Shown here: in pieces, positions 63,097 through 64,000 of the stretch
Position numbering within the stretch: the first letter of the stretch is position 1
How the letters are laid out: every line of letters begins with the position of its first letter
Assembly (NCBI GenBank): GCA_043228905.1
Contig: JBHGNT010000017.1
Coordinates: 2,108,001 to 2,172,000 of the forward strand
Direction of reading: 5' to 3'
Length of the DNA: 64,000 nucleotides
Source of the DNA: Azolla caroliniana
Lineage: Eukaryota; Plantae; Polypodiophyta
Position numbers and translations under genes: made by a program
The notes under the pieces: generated by a model
Told to the model about the DNA's origin: nothing
Seen by the model: only the letters and a program-made list of their open reading frames with translations
Database searches by the model: none

Positions 63097-64000
63097 CTGC
63101 AATATAAGATCTCAAAATAAGAAACAAAATAGAAATTCCAAAATATAAGATGATGATAGTATAATACTATCCAGATGGGGCCAGCAGGACCCCTGGTAAC
63201 AACAATCATTACAAACTGGTCTACCCAGTTGGGAGGATTTTTAATGGTAGAGTAAAAAGAAAGAGTTTGTTTCTGTGGTTGAGTAGATGAACAAAGAGCC
63301 TTCCATGGCCCTGGTTCTGTGGTCAAACAGATGATATATAATGAAAACAATCATAAAGTATTCAGTGCAGATAGGAAAGTAAAAAATGTGCAATAGTACA
63401 CACCAGAGAGCAACTTTTGTGATCTCAGTGGGTAGCAATGAAATGGGTTTTTGAATACTGCATTCAAGACGCCTATGTGGTGTATCATATGGTCATTGGC
63501 AATGCATAATTGGCCAAATATGACATAAAAACTATGAAACACAAGATCAAACAATTCCAAATACTTTGCCATCATCTAAATACCGAATCAGGCATTTTCC
63601 TATACTTGAGGATATGATTTATCTTGTAAAAATGACATGGGCTAGTAAGTTGGCCCTTCGGGTCCAGTCTAAGATATCAGAAAAACATCCAAGAAAGTCC
63701 TGCTTTGTGCATACTTTTTCTAGAATCCCGTATGTAAAAGATTAAGCATTTTGTAGGCATGATACTGAAAGACTGGCAGCAACATTGGATGGCCATATCA
63801 AGGTTCTGCAGGTGATTGATTACTTAAAATATGTGGACATAAAAAATGCTACAATTGGAACATGGCATTCATTTTATCCTTTCTATAGTCATGAAACAAC
63901 AAATCGTCCAAGGAATGAATAAATGATATCTGGCCACTACAGCTGATTTCATACATACGACATAACCCTGTATCAAACCATGTCTTAGATCAGAAACCCT

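Overview
Land-plant nuclear DNA; fern-like judging by its retroelement families, which is an inference. Host genes: a 4-exon STI1/HOP-DP-like gene (1756-3273), a 10-exon plastid anthranilate phosphoribosyltransferase (6946-12768), an intronless DAD1-like phospholipase A1 (56100-57710), and the last two exons of a GCD1/mS45-related gene (minus strand, 62668-63096). A convergent U1->/<-U2 snRNA pair, each gene with a USE+TATA Pol II promoter, occurs twice (~15.6-17.4 kb and ~57.9-61.7 kb). Between the two copies is a ~36 kb retrotransposon nest, most of whose junctions resolve by target-site duplications (TSDs). The main branch is old copia > chromoviral gypsy A > copia E > copia F > copia G > very young copia C (six layers). 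A side branch is A > copia B > inverted sibling D, and there are two solo LTRs. Most notable: the duplicated U1/U2 cassette with a variant U2, an LTR ending at an internal att-like site, a tandemly amplified 5' splice site in PAT1, motifs shared in inverted orientation between LTR families, and a mostly antisense nesting pattern. All alignments and counts were made by eye; no database searches were run.
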